Part shown: positions 35,729 through 49,569 of the stretch, piece by piece
Layout of the letters: the number at the start of each line of letters is the position of its first letter
Position numbering within the stretch: the stretch's first letter is position 1
Assembly: GCA_001662655.1 (NCBI GenBank)
Contig: KV460215.1
Length of the DNA: 64,000 nt
Direction: 5' to 3' (one strand)
Source: Pseudogymnoascus verrucosus
Lineage: Eukaryota
Notes under the pieces: model-generated
Database searches by the model: none
The model's input: only the letters and a program-made list of their open reading frames with translations
What the model was told of the DNA's origin: nothing
Program-made: the position numbers and the translations under genes

Positions 35729-36036
35729 TTTGCCACTACTGTACTTAGTAGCGTACACCTACATGATACACTACCATACTATGTACTCGAGTACTACTAT
35801 GGTATCCATTACAGCTCAGAAGAAATGTCCCCCTCCTACCCACAACCCCCCCCCCTAGTCGATACTTGTGGGGAGGGATTGTTGGTCCTAATGTCTTGGG
35901 TATCACATATAAGTATGCTTCGCTCATCCTCTCCCAAAATATTCGTTCAACCTCATTACAAACCGAGACCCTCACCTCTGGGGCTGCTTCATAGAGACCT
36001 TTTCTCATAGAAGCTGTACACAGCCCAACCGCCGCC

Positions 36037-37871
36037 ATGCTTCACCAGTTCGACTATATCTTCGCTATTGCGATGATTTTTGGCTTCCTCGATGCCTTCA
36101 TGATCGGTATGCTGCCCTGCCCCGTGACTAGGACGACTGCTTTTCTCCAAAGCGATACTAATGTTCGATGATAGGAGCCAATGATGTCGCCAACTCTTGG
36201 GCTACGTCTGTCTCGTCGCGGTCTGTGACCCTGAGGCAGGCTATGTGCTTGGCCACAGTCATGGAATTCGCAGGTGCTATCGGTGTTGGAGGTCGTGTTG
36301 CCGACACCATTCGCACCAAGATTGTGAACATCTCCTTCTTCGAGAAGGACCCGGCGGTCCTCATGGTCGGAATGACCTGTGCCCTTGTCGGATCCTCGAT
36401 TTACCTATCCGTTGCTACCCGTCTCGGTATGCCTGTGTCCTCCACCCACTCCATCATGGGTGGTGTTATCGGCATGGGTATCGCGACAGTTGGAGCAAAC
36501 AACGTCACCTGGGGCTGGAAGGGTGTTGCTCAGGTTTTCGCTGCCTGGGCCATCGCTCCCGGACTTGCTGGAATTTTCGGTGCCATTATCTTCACCATCA
36601 CCAAGTACGGTGTCCTGAAGCGCGAGAACCCAGTCAGAGCCGCCTTCTTCATGGTGCCGATCTACTTCGGCTTCACAACTGCTATCCTCACCAGTAAGTT
36701 CATCATGCAACTGAAATTCGCCAACAGATGCTAACTAGTCAGTGCTAATCGTCTGGAAGGGTGCCACTACCATCAAGAACCCCAGCACTGCTCTTATTCT
36801 TGGCTGCATCTTCGGTGTTGGCGGCGGAGTTGCGCTTCTCACCGTCATTTTCCTCCTTCCCTACCTTTACCGCCTTCTCGTCAAGGACGATTGGGAGCTC
36901 AAGTGGTATCACCTCTTCTTCGGCCCTCTCCTCCTCAAGCGCGGCCCCGTGCCCCCACAGCCAGAGGGCCACAATATCGTCACCGACTACTACAAGACCT
37001 TCGACTACGAAACAGCCCAGGCCGATGGAACCGTTGCCCCTGGACGTGATACCGCTGAGGACGTCGAGAAGAACGGCAGCAAGCCTGTCAGCCTTCAGAA
37101 GAACATTGACTCTCCTACTGACATCGATGCTGAGGAGCAGCCAAAAAAGAGCCCCTTCCAGATCGCTAAGAGGCTTCTTTTCAGGGGTGTCGATATGGAT
37201 GTTGTATCCCACCAGTCCAAGAAGTCGTCGGCCCTTGTTGGTGACCTGAAGTCTGTCCACGATGCTGCCACCCACTACGATAACAAGGCCGAGCACACCT
37301 ACTCTTTCCTCCAAGTTCTCACTGCCTGTACCGCCTCTTTCGCCCACGGTGCCAACGATGTTGCCAAGTAAGTTCTTCCCACCCCCTAAGAAAACCCAAC
37401 CTAACACACCCCAGTGCCGTCGGCCCCCTCGCCACCGTGTTCACAATCTGGCACAGCAGCAAGTACGAACTCAAGAAGTCCTCCGACGTCCCCATCTGGG
37501 TGCTCGCCTACTGCGGCGCCGCCCTCTCCATCGGTCTCTGGTTCTACGGCTACAACATGATGCGCCAGCTCGGTAACCGCATCACCCTCCACTCCCCCTC
37601 GCGCGGTTTCTCCATGGAGCTGGGCTCCGCCGTCACCGTCGTCATGGCCACGCGTCTCGCTCTCCCAATCTCTACCACCCAGTGTATCTCCGGTGCGACC
37701 GTCGGTGTTGGTCTCTGCGCTGGTACGTGGAGGGCTATCAACTGGCGCATGATTGCGTGGATTTACTTTGGCTGGATCATCACGCTTCCTTGCACTGGTA
37801 TCATTTCGGGATGCTTGACTGGTATCCTGATCAACGCCCCGCAGTTCGGCAAGGCTGTTATCGTGTCCTAG
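36037..37871 (+). CDS. PHO89: PiT-family Na+/phosphate symporter (Pho89 / Neurospora PHO-4 type); 4 exons
   Basis: MLHQFDYIF start; GANDVANSWATSV, PVSSTHS, SFAHGANDVAN, PSRGFSMELG and PISTTQCISGA PHO4-family signatures. Confidence 0.95.
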
Positions 37872-38274
37872 ATGATTCTTTGATTTGTGTGTTTGGCGAG
37901 AGGAGAGCGTGCATGGAATGTGTCGTGGTAGCTGTTCCTCCCATTGTTCCAGCCTTTTGGACTTGGGGTAAGGGCAGGCGCGCACGCGGGTTTGTGGAGG
38001 AATTTGTTTTAGTATACCATACCCGATTATCGTAATAGATTGTATTTGATTTTAGTAATATAAACCTGCCAACTTGTTGGTTATATTATGTACCTGACCC
38101 CTTTATCGGATGCAAAACATGCTGTGACTAGAATATGAGAATTCAAAATCCACACAGCTCATGAGACGTCAAATCCAAGAAATCCTCCACAACGCCACAA
38201 AAAAGCCACACGAACTCCTCAACCATACAACCCCTGCCCTCTCCTTCACCCCTGCCCCTTGGCTCGCAGGGCAA

Positions 38275-40242
38275 TCAAAACACCGCCCCACCAATAATAA
38301 ACAACCTCTCCTCCTCCCTCCTAACCCACTGCACCACCCGACTAGCTCCCTGCAGTAACGCGCCCCTGGCACAATTTGGGCCAGCTACGCAGTAGAACTC
38401 GAAGACGGGGGTAGCCCAGGCGAGCGCGATGGAGGTCTTGGAGACGCAGTGGAGGACTTTGGTGTGTGATGTGCGCGCGTGCGAGGAGGCATGGAGGGTT
38501 TGGTAGAGGGAGAGGAGGCTGGGGGGTTGTTAGCTACTACGTACTAATAGGACAGTTGGGTGAGGTGACAGGGGAAACGGGGAGGCGTACCGGCGGTGGG
38601 AAATCAGGCTGTTGAAATGCGGTGCGTAGCTACTGGTGGTGAACTGCACGTTTGCGCGGCTCTTGTAGAGGAAGTGCCGCAGCTGGGTGCCAGGCACGAT
38701 ATCGGTGGTACTTGGGCGGCCGGCGCGGACGGCGTTTTTAATGATATCCAGGCTGCCGTTTTTGTGGAGCTGCGCGACGACAGCGTCGCGCATCTGTTTG
38801 AGCTCGTAGAAACTCTCCTTGTCGGTGCTTATGAGGAGGACTGCGACGGCATCGTCGCGGCTGTTGGTGCTTTCCGGGGTGGTGTCGTCTTCTTCGCCGT
38901 CGAGGAAGGAGACGTACATGTAGACGTAACCGGTGTTGTTGAAGCCGGGGAGGCAGAGGGGGATCCAGTTCTCGCCGCCGCCGGAGCGGATGCTCTTGGC
39001 TTCGAAGAGCATGTTGAAAATGAGTTGTAGGTCACTCGGGTGTAGAGAGTGACGTTTTGGACGCACGACACTGACTAGGCGGCCACCGGCGACAATGAGA
39101 CCGTAGAGAAGGTTGTCGGTGCGGGTCTTGAGGAGGGTGTTGTTGATGACATGGCGTTGGGATTTGCGGATTTTGAGACACTCCAGAGCGGATAGGAGGG
39201 TGGATGCGGAGCCTTTGGTGAATGTGTCCGCGAGGGATGAGAGGAGGACATCTGTGCCTTCGAGAGGTCGACGCAAGTCGGTCGATGGGCGGTTTGTAAA
39301 GATCTGGGTGAGGCGTGGGAGGGTAAGGGTAGATAAGATCTGCATGTATAAAGCGTCGAGCTGGATGCGAAGTTGCGCTTCGCTCTCACCCAGACTGCTA
39401 ATGGCGACGAAATATAGAGGGCCCTGTGCAGAAACGACAAACTTGGTGTCGCCGGCAGTAAAAGATTGAAGGGGGTCTTTCGATTCTTCATAGAACGATA
39501 TAATCGTCTGAATGACACCGATATAGCCGTTGATCAGGTTGACATCGCCGTGCCTGCTATATATGGGCTTTCCCGCCGATGAAAATATCATATAATGCTT
39601 GAGTTTCGACTTAAATTGATCCAGTAGTTGCTCCTCGTTGCCCATTTCGCTGTCGACGTCATGTATTTCATCGAACTCTTGTTCGAACACGGCCAGTTTA
39701 TCATTTTCCGAGTGTTCAATCGTTTCAAACGGATTGACCGTCTCTGCTTGACCCGCTAGCATTTTCCATGCTGCACTTTGTGCGTTGGCCCCTCCCAGCA
39801 GGCTTTCCAGGTCTCCTCCTCCAGTATGTGTAGTTCCGGTGAAGGTTTGCAGGCTGGCATTATCATCTGCCTCATCCCTGCTCCGTGAATCTCTTCTGTG
39901 GCTATAATCCAAAACAGAAGTCCCCGCCGCGGACGGAGATGCCGTATTATCTGTCGATGAGAACGTGCCTCTGGTTCCGTCGGGAAATGACAGCGTCTGG
40001 ATGTCTATCGAGGACAGCGCAGTAGTCGGTTGAGCTCGGGGCTTGGGTCTCGCTGAGAGTGGTGTCGAAGGTCGCTCCAGTGAATCGAGCTGGTTCGGAC
40101 GAGGCGGTAATCGAGGTGGAATCTCGTTGGGGCCATTACTGTCATCGACTACGGCGCCAGTCGGAGCCGTCTCTGTCTTAGTTTCCCCTCCATTGCCGTC
40201 GGTCACGTTCAGAGCAGTGGAAGCTGCTGCTTCATCTTCCAT
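38275..40242 (-). CDS. MON1: Vacuolar fusion protein Mon1 (SAND family)
   Basis: [29 protein letters not shown] and [12 protein letters not shown]; last exon ends [13 protein letters not shown]. Confidence 0.95.
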
Positions 40243-40617
40243 TGTATGTGGCAAAACAATCCCATTATTCTGCCCTCTAGACCGTCCAAAGATTGAAGGG
40301 CTGAGTAACGTAAGGAGAGAGTAAGGTGTTGGCGCGTCGAAGTCGTTAGTCGTTGATTCCATGCGTCCCAAAATGTGGGGTGGAACAGCTATCAAGGCAC
40401 TTGCCAGGGATTATCCCACGTTGCCGTGCCGCGTTCACGTCAGAGGCTCCAAATAGCGTTCCACAGGGGTAAGGTGGAACTTGCCGCGAGATCTGTATTC
40501 AGGCCACGACCACTTTGGCGCGCGTCGTTCAGGAAATATTCAGCTGCGCGAATCTCGAAGACTGTTTGCGCATAATTTGTAGTATGCCGGAAAGGCCTGA
40601 ACGATATTCTTTTTGAA

Positions 40618-43600
40618 ATGGCTCTTGACCCTGCCCCAGGGCGCCATCAGACGTCCTCACCAACGAATTCAGGCAGAGCATCGCCGATTTCTAGGAAATG
40701 GCGGGGTGAAGGTAACGTCTACAGTACAAGGGAGACATACGAGTCGGAGCTGACATGTTTCAATAGAAGAAGCCCTTAGTAAAGACAAAACCTTTCGGAG
40801 GTACGCTACCGGTGTCGACAGGTCGCTGGCATTATTCGACAGCCAGTTACAGGAATGGGCGGACTATATCTCGTTTTTGGGAAGGCTATTGAAGGTCTGG
40901 CTCTCACAATCTCCGAATTATGCATAAACTGATGATATGACATAGACTTTGCAAGCCCGTCCATCGAATATTACAGTTATTCCCTCCAAGGGAATTGTTG
41001 CTCGGAGACTAGCCCAATGTCTCAACCCAACGCTACCCTCGGGGGTGCACCAGAAGGCTATCGAAGTGTACAACTACATATTCTCAACAATTGGTACGGA
41101 TTCATTATCGAGAGACTTGTCGCTATATCTGCCTGGGCTGTCGTCGACTTTGTCGTTTGCATCTCTGACGGTGCGGTCGCCGTTCCTCGACCTCCTCAAG
41201 ACACACCTTGTACCGCTTGATCCGTTGTCGTTGCGCCCAGCACTCAAAGCTATAATATTGGCCCTTTTACCAGGCCTCGAAGAGGAGACAAGCGAAGATT
41301 TTGACCAGACACTAAAGCTGCTTAATGACTTTAAGAAAGCGGTGCGACCAAAGGGCAGCCAAGATGGCCACGAAAACACCGCCGGAGATGAATACTTTTG
41401 GCAATGCTTTTTCCTGGCATCGATTACTGGAGCGAATCGCAGGCTAGGTGCTCTGGCATACCTTGTCCGAAGCCTGCCAAAGCTTGATGCTAGATCACGA
41501 AGCGGTTCGGTTCCCAATCTTGATCAAGGACCCGGGAATGGGACAGAGATAATCACCACCCCTGAGCCCGGTCTCCTTCTGCGGTGCTTTGCAGCAGGTT
41601 TAAAAGACGACCAGCTTCTCATACAACGCGGGTATCTAGACCTTTTGGTTACCCATCTACCTTTGCACGCCACTGTCTTTCAAAGTCGAGTCAAAAGCGA
41701 TGACTTAGAGCTCCTTATGGCAGCCGCATCTGGCGTAGTAGCTCGCCGAGATATGAGCTTAAATAGGCGCCTATGGAGCTGGCTCTTGGGGCCTGAGCCT
41801 GTCGCAGGCATAGAAGTGGAAAGCGGGCCGGGTCCGGCTTCTGGAAACGCCCGTGATCGTGCAATGTCTATAAGTGCGACAAGAACAAGCTATTTCGAAG
41901 AATTTGGCTTGCAACCTTTAACACAAGCCATCTTGAAGATGATTGCTCGGGATCAACTCGCACCCGCGGAAAGAGCCCGCCCTTTCAAAGTCTGTTTATC
42001 ATTAATGGATCGATGGGAAATAGGAGGGCTCGTTGTACCAGAAGTATTTCTACCCGTGGTTGGTAGTGTAAGGAGATATCAATCACAAAGTACTTCGGCT
42101 GCAGATTTCAATGAAGTTCTACGAAGCGCCAGTGTCTTCTTCGACGGGGTGGAGAGCGGCCTAATATGGAGCGAAATCACAGGACTGATTGCAGGGGCTG
42201 TGGGCTCGAATAAAGCATCGAATGACGTGAAACTCGACAAGCTTGCTCTTGTGAGGTTTATTCTCACGAACTTTAATGTGAGGGAAGAGGAGATGCTTTT
42301 GGTCCATGCACCGATCACCGCCTTGGCTCTTCTGGCGATGCTGTATGAGACTGCATCAAAGGAGATCGATTCTGTTGAAGTGAAAACATTTGCAACAAAT
42401 ATTGTTCTGGACTTGATAGGTCTAATACCAGAAAGGGCTTTCGTCTCAGCCATATCCACCGAACAGTCGGAGTCTGAACGCCGCCAGCCTACTCTATCCA
42501 TCGACAACAAATCCATTATGGACAAAGTACGCCACTTCTATGTCCATAATCAAGGCAACCTCGACGTTTCTCCGCCGCCATTTTCCGCCCAAGAGGTCTC
42601 TGAGCTGCTACTCCGCGAAGCCGTCAGACTAACTAGCCGGAGCTTGAGCGTTGCGACATCAAGTGCTGATGTCGCCGTCAAAGTTCGGCTCCTCGTGGCA
42701 CTTATCACAACAGCTCCTGTCGCCAAGAGTTTAGATGTTAGTGAACTTCTTTCTGCAATCCATGAGAAGCTTTCGGCATCCACACCGCCCCCATTCTCTG
42801 TTTTTTCGTCTGTTGTTGTTATTGTTACGGCGTTATACCCACGCTACTTGAAGCTGGAGCAAATCTCCGATTTGGTTGACCCGCTAGTTCGCCTTGCATG
42901 GTCGTATCTCTCACCGTCCTGCCCAAAATACCACGTGGAAGCTGTGAGAAACCTTTGGCACCTTCAAACTTGCCTAGGAGATGCAAATCGCGAGATCGAG
43001 GCCTCCTTGTGTCGCTTGATTGTGGAATATGATGTTACTGGGACGTTTACAAGCAGAAATGCCGACCCTGGCCGCAGGTTCGCCGTGCTATGGACTCATA
43101 CTCTCCACGACAACGCAGTCCATGTCGAACGTAGAGGATCAAAACCTTTGAAGAGTGACAGCAACTCGGTGGGACTAGCACCAAGTACCGGTGACTATGA
43201 AATAATGCTCTGCCGACCACTTTTCCTTTTACTTGATGCCCTTTCGGACGAGAGAACTCAGCTTTTTACGTCTGTTAGGATTTGGATTCAGAATCTTCCT
43301 GGAATTGAGAAGTAAGCAATAACGACTGTGTGGCCTGTTAACCTGCTAACGTTATTTCAATAGGATATTCCACTTATTTGTCTCAAAGTTTTCTGGATTC
43401 AAATTCCTACAGCCGGTAGAAATCCAAAGCAACGCTGGCACTGAAAAGTCTACAATGCAATATACCACAGATGATGATATTGACAACTGCCTCTATTACC
43501 TGCGGACTTTCCTGAATATCTTGCGTTGGTCCACAATAAGCACGTGGGGAACTCTTGCCAACAGCAAAGTTTCGATTCCAAAGACTGACGAAGCTACTGA

Positions 43601-46496
43601 TTCAATTGGTAATTCTATCCCAAAAGAATCTCTAGTATTTTTTAACGCGTTATAGGGCACCACGAAGATGATATTCCGCTTCAAGAATTTTTTCTGGAAG
43701 TGTGTTTACGAGCAATAAATGGCACGCATAACCCGGCAGAGCCTCAGCTTGATGCATCTATTAGCCAGCTGCACCAGGCAGCATTGGCAGTTCTACATCA
43801 GATTCTTGCGAATCCATTCTCCTCAAATTTTACCGATCTCAACCTAGAAGTTGATCTGATTAGCAAATTACAACGGTCGCTGGCAGATCCGGATCCTTTC
43901 TTGCAGGCTTCGCTTTTGGATGTTGTCTTGGCCTCATTAAAACTCAAGAAAGAATCACCAATCAGCCCGCCTATGTCGCCAAAGCTTGAGCACCGCCCAC
44001 TATCACCAGAGTCAAATCGCGGTGCTGTTCAATCAGAAGCAGTTGCTCATACCGAAATGTTGTCCGAGCGCCGACCCCCCCCGCCAAGTGCATTGCTTGA
44101 GTGTTTGCAAGCAGCATTCGTATCGCCAAATAGCCGTCCCGTTTTAGACAATTGGATTGTCTTTCTTTCTGAATGCATAAATCTATACTCAGACACAATA
44201 TTCCAGGTGCTCATCCCCCTGGTCGAAACATTTTGCAGCCAAATCTCCCAGACATTTGAGTCTCTTCGCAAAACATTCCAAGGCTACGATGGCAGCATAA
44301 AAGCCAACTCGGCGCCGGAAGCTACCCTGATATCATTTCTCAACGGACTAGAACTAGTCCTTGCTCGCGGTCATGAGCGGCTGCTCAAAGACGAAGCTCG
44401 AGCTCCGACGGCGAAAAGTCCAGACCAGCCTCAAGGTTTCTTTGGCAATATGGTTTCGGGAGTTTTCGCAACAGAAACGCACCACTCAAGAACCCAGACT
44501 GCCAACAGTAGGCTTACTGTTCTTCTGTCGTTTCAAGATGCTGTCAGAATCTGTTTCAAGATTTGGTCCTGGGGTGGACGGGGCAGAGACGATTTCAGTC
44601 CAGATGCCGACTCCATGGCATCTTTCGGGTACACCTCTCTGCGGATGCGAAATCGCGCAAGAAGATTGCTGGAGCACCTTTTCCATGCCGAGCCGTTGGA
44701 GTGCCTAGAGACTGTCATCGAAATTTGGCAGAAGGCCTCAACCGCGAGTAACACGCAGTACACTGCGGCTTTCCACCTGCTCCACGTCCTTGATGGTAGT
44801 AGACCCAAACATACCATACCGGCAATATTCGATGCTATATACAGCCGTACCAATCCGGGCGTCTTAGATGTATCCCGAAAGTCCACATTGACGTCCACTT
44901 TACTTGACACGGAACTTGTCGTGTTCTTGGTTGATTATACCAGATCTGTGGAAGATGACGCTATGGACGAGATCTGGACGGATTGCATGACATTTTTGAA
45001 GGATATTCTTGCGAATCCATTCCCACATCGTCAAATTCTACCTGAACTTCTTGAGTTTACCTCTGTCCTTGGGGAGAAGGTGGATAATACCAACTTTGGG
45101 GAGCAGCGGAAAATGCGGAAGGACCTCGCAGTGAGTAGCACTGGCCTCTCCATCAACCATGCACATACTAATATTTATACAGGACCTATTCTTAAGACTT
45201 TTAACTGCAACCTTTACGACCAACCCAATAGGATATTCTATGAGTACGTCGCAGCAACCGCCCGCTGAAAAGCATTCCGAGGTCTCTTCTTCATCAAAAT
45301 TAAAGCGCAGAGCCGAAGACGTCGTTGAGATCCTTGCCACCATTATTCCAAATCTACCCAAGATTTTGGTTGAGCCCGAAAGAGTCTTGGTTGCGGCCAA
45401 TACGATATCGACTAGTGTTATTGGGCCGACAATTCGGTCCAAAGCATACCCTGAAAACGTTTCAGTAAGCCTATTAACTTTGCTGTACCAACTCTCACGA
45501 CTGGCAAACACCCAAAAAGTATGGAAGAAAGATTTAGGAGACGCATTCAACGACCCTCGATTCTTTGCGAATCCGCCAAGTCTGTACGAGAGCCACTGGA
45601 TGGCCCTTATCCGCCAATGGGCAATCACTGACAAAGAGCGCATGCCTGAACTCCTTTCTCGCATTACTCCGCCCACAACAGCCGGTATTGTGTTTGGGGT
45701 CGGTGCTACCAGTGCCCGCCTTGAAGCTGATCGAAAGACACAACTCAATCTTCGCCGCATTGCCACGCTTATTCTATCTGTCCCCGATGATACATTCGTA
45801 TCGGTCCTCGCTGATATCAACGACAAAATTGTGGAGCTCCTCACTGCCACCACCACTTCGTCGCCCTCTTCAACTACTCGAGCAGAGATATACATACTTC
45901 TGCGCGTTCTAGTCCTGAAGACCAGCCCAATTCATCTCGCATTTATGTGGCCAACAGTCAACGCCGAGCTAGAAGCTGCAATATCATCGGTGGTCGCGCC
46001 CGACCACAGTGGGCCGGCAGACACCTGGAACAATTTCAGTATCCTACAAGCATGTAAACTGCTCGACTTACTGCTGTGTATTGCCCCAGACGATTTCCAA
46101 TTGCACGAGTGGCTGTTCATCACAGATACCATTGACGCCGTCTATCGACCTAGCTCGTCAGGCTATCAGCCAGCGGCATTGATTGACCAGCTAGCTGAGG
46201 AACTCGGCTCAGCTACGCTTTCCGGTGCATTTGAAGGCACAAGCGTGGCTCCTGAGGACACAAAAGATAAATCTATGCGACGACCCCTTATTGGTCCTGG
46301 CCGGGTGGAGACACGAGGCGTTAACCTAGAGAGGAGGGATGAGTTAGTTGCGAAAGTGCTGAGGCCATTTTTCAGTCAACTCAGTATCTGGGCGTTTGAG
46401 ACGGTGTACGAGATGGGAAGTATAGAGTGGGAGGAGTGTAGGAGGCAAGTATTGGATGATTTGTTTGATGAAAGCGCGGTTGTAAAGGCGTTGTAA
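40618..46496 (+). CDS. DOP1: Dopey protein (Dop1/DopA), multi-exon
   Basis: QEWADYISFLGRLLK, LAQCLNPTLPSGVHQKA, RRDMSLNRRLWSW, C-terminal LNLRRIATL and FQLHEWLFITD. Confidence 0.95.
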
Positions 46497-46660
46497 GGAA
46501 ACCCCATGCCAGGAGAGCTTATTGGGACTTATATTACGTGTAAATAGATATTCAAGATACAGTTCAACAGCAAGTACTGTCACAAGCCCCAGCAACGAAA
46601 TAATGCCCATTTGAACGTAATGGGTATCGATTTGCACTAAATAGCTCCCCAATATGATAT

Positions 46661-47927
46661 CTAATTAGCAACCGGTTTATCTTCCTCTTCCTCTTTCTCG
46701 GTTTCCTTCGTCTCCCCAGCCTTCGACTCCCCAGCCTTCGACTCCCCAGCCTTCGACTCCCCAGCCTTCGGGGGCCCTCCTAGAGGGGGTCCTCCCTTAG
46801 GCGGGCCTGGCGTGGCCTTCGGAGGACCTCCACTCTTAGGCGGCGGGGGTGGCGGCGTGTTGGTAGGTTTCGCACTCGGCACGTAGTCTAACTCTCTGCT
46901 CTTTTGCTCGCCTTCCATAAAATAATCGTCCAGCTCTCCTCCTTTCGCTTGTACTGTTTTATCATGTCCGCGCCCGTGTTTCCTATGCGCCTTGTCTGAC
47001 GAAGCTGGAGGCGGCGGAGCTGCTCCAGGCAACTGTGCGGGGATGAGGAACTCGGAAGGAGCGGTTGTGATAGGTGGGGCACCGGTGGCAGAGAGCGCAG
47101 CCGCCCTTGACTCCTCGTTCGAGAATCGTGCCGGCTCGCCATCGAAAAGCGTCGATCCCGGCTCGGCAACGGGCTCACTGAGCGGCGCGGGTATGCGGTG
47201 CAGCGCACCATATCCAAGTACACAGCCTAACGCACCCTCTCCGCCCCAGTCGCGGCTCGGTTGGATGGTGACTTCGCGCGTGACATCGTATTCGTTGTTG
47301 TACACGTACAGCCTGAGGGGCCGGCCGATGTGGTCTTCTACCAGCTCACCGAGGCCGGCTTCGCCGTGCAGGATTCCCTCAGGGGTGCCGAGGATATAGT
47401 CGCTGTAGGGGAGGAGGCCGGCGAGGTCGGCGGGGGAGTTGGCGGGGACGTCGAGGATGTGCCAGATTGTTGCGACGGTGGAGAGGGGCGCGTGTTGGAG
47501 GGATATGCCTAGGGTGGGGTTGTCCGAGGGGATGGGAACGTGCAAGGTGCGTGTTCGTTGGCCCTGGTAAGTAATAACGCGTTAGTTGAGATTATGGGAG
47601 CTATGGATGAGGGAGGAGGGAGGTGTTACCTTTGCGCTCCAGAGTCCAAGAGTGACGGTGCCTCCAGCGCAGTTGCGGACTTCTTGGGCGAAGAGACTGG
47701 GATCTGAGTCCTCCTAATTCTTTATTAGAGATTGTCTGCTGAACTATTGAGTGAAACCATACAATCATGCGCCCATTGATCCCAACTACAAAATCAAACC
47801 AAGGCTCAATTGGAAGGTCGGCATTCTTATTTCGTAGGACTTGGAAGCCAAATGCATTGTAGGTGGACGTCTGGGCTGGCGCGTCGGAATCGAGCCTTGA
47901 TATGAAGCGGTTTAGGGCGTTAAACAT
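46661..47927 (-). CDS. GRH1: GRASP55/65 Golgi reassembly stacking protein
   Basis: MFNALNRFISRLD; GFQVLRN, IEPWFDFVVGING, NSPADLAGLLPYSDYILG and WGGEGALGCVLGYGALHRIP. Confidence 0.93.
46712..46770. repeat. 15-bp coding tandem repeat (about 3.9 copies) encoding KAGES
   Basis: (CTCCCCAGCCTTCGA)x3 plus a 14-nt partial copy. Confidence 0.9.
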
Positions 47928-48476
47928 CTTGATTCCAGCCGCATGCAATTGTATTATATAGAGATGTTGGGATTCAGCAATCTTTTGTCAGTGACTTTCA
48001 AGACGGAGACTTGTAGCTGGTGATGTTTATGGTTAATGGAGCTCTGGCCTCACTTGCAACAAGGTACGTACTGTATCATGTTTCGTCATTGGCTAAATTT
48101 ACATCTTCAAGGCTTGGCACGCAGCCTTGTGCCCACCACGCTAAATACCTCAGCCCTGTCAACTTGTCAAGAGGATAATTTTTATATTTTACAAAGAAGC
48201 TGGGCAAGCAAATCGTGGAACTGCTTGGCAACAAACTGTGATGTATTTCACCGCTACGCTCTAATCTACTTACTTCAGCTACTACTCGCATCCACTTCTT
48301 TGACTTTTGCAGAGTCCCTCAAAATCGAAGTGCGGGGCTGCCACCGCCACAACTAGACTTGGCTTCACACGAACCGACCCGTCGACATAACTGTGCGACA
48401 AATATTGGCAAGGGTTATTAAGACAGTGAGCTCCAAGAAATACTTTCTTACTACGGCCAGAGCCTCATTGGGTCTA

Positions 48477-49568
48477 ATGGCGTCCAACCCGCAGACGTTT
48501 CAATCGTTCGGCCGTCCGCTGGCGAACTCCTCCAACTTTTTTTCACAGAGGGACAACGAACATCAACTCTACGGTCTATTCTCTGATCTGAACCTCAACG
48601 GAGAACATCGCAAACAACCACTTTTTACACCGGCCCCAGTTGCTGTTGTTTCTTCTGAGGACATTGAACTGAACGACGCACGATCTACCGAGAGAAAGCT
48701 CACAACAAAGCAACTTCGCAAGCAACGCGAAGCGGAACAGGCTGCGAAAACTCCGAAAAAACCCAAAACCTTAGCATCTAAAGCCAAGAAGCAAAACAGA
48801 ATCAAAATCAGATTTGAGAGACGAAAGAGCCAAAAGGATAGACTGGACGCAATCAACCGCGACCCGAAACTGGTAGAGAAAAGGATACAAGCCTTGAAGG
48901 AGCTCCACGCATGTGCTCAAGATTTACACAACGCCACTGAAAACAAGGTCGCCCTTAAGCAGGCACTGCAAAATCTCACCGAAGCATTAGCTTCACATAC
49001 GGAGAAAACATCCGCGGAGTTATACGCCGAGCTCTGCCAGACCAATAATCAGAAGAGTGCTGAAGTATTAATCGGAAATACAAACGATACACAAAGTTCG
49101 GAGGAATCTTTCAGGAACTTTGTCGATAATTTGGAGAAGCCAGTTCTACCATCAGAGCCCGTTTCGACTTCGCGGGGCAAGAAAACTGCCAGGGTAAAGG
49201 AGTTGCCTGTCAACATCGCCCAGCCAACATTTAAGCTTCTCGCTCCATCGAGGGAGCAGAAGATCAGAAACGCCCACAACTGGAAAAGAGCCAAACCACT
49301 TATTATCGACCTCACAAAAGCGATCGAAAGAAGTGATATTAGCATCGCCAAGTCATACGCTGCAGCACGTGTTCCAATTAAGAACCTGGCTGACGGCTTA
49401 GAAAGAGATTTTGCCGACGTTATATCAGAAGTCATTCCGTCATTTACCAGAGACAGAATTGCGTATTTTGAACGACCCTTCATTACCCTGAAGGAGACCA
49501 ACCAAATATCACCCTCTAATACTCCCATTGCAACCAATGGCGGACTCGACCAATCAATGTCAGCCTGA
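48477..49568 (+). CDS. Hypothetical basic, helical protein (363 aa) directly upstream of TGS1
   Basis: Uninterrupted ORF from ATG 48477 to TGA 49566-49568; K/R-rich NLS-like stretch and coiled-coil-like segment; no family recognised. Confidence 0.65.
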   Translation: MASNPQTFQSFGRPLANSSNFFSQRDNEHQLYGLFSDLNLNGEHRKQPLFTPAPVAVVSSEDIELNDARSTERKLTTKQLRKQREAEQAAKTPKKPKTLASKAKKQNRIKIRFERRKSQKDRLDAINRDPKLVEKRIQALKELHACAQDLHNATENKVALKQALQNLTEALASHTEKTSAELYAELCQTNNQKSAEVLIGNTNDTQSSEESFRNFVDNLEKPVLPSEPVSTSRGKKTARVKELPVNIAQPTFKLLAPSREQKIRNAHNWKRAKPLIIDLTKAIERSDISIAKSYAAARVPIKNLADGLERDFADVISEVIPSFTRDRIAYFERPFITLKETNQISPSNTPIATNGGLDQSMSA

Positions 49569-49569
49569 G

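Noticed and set aside
36745..37985. 220-aa and 194-aa minus-strand ORFs
   Set aside because: Antisense to the strongly codon-biased PHO89 gene.
45038..45895. 285-aa minus-strand ORF
   Set aside because: Fully antisense to conserved DOP1 coding exons; no recognisable motifs.
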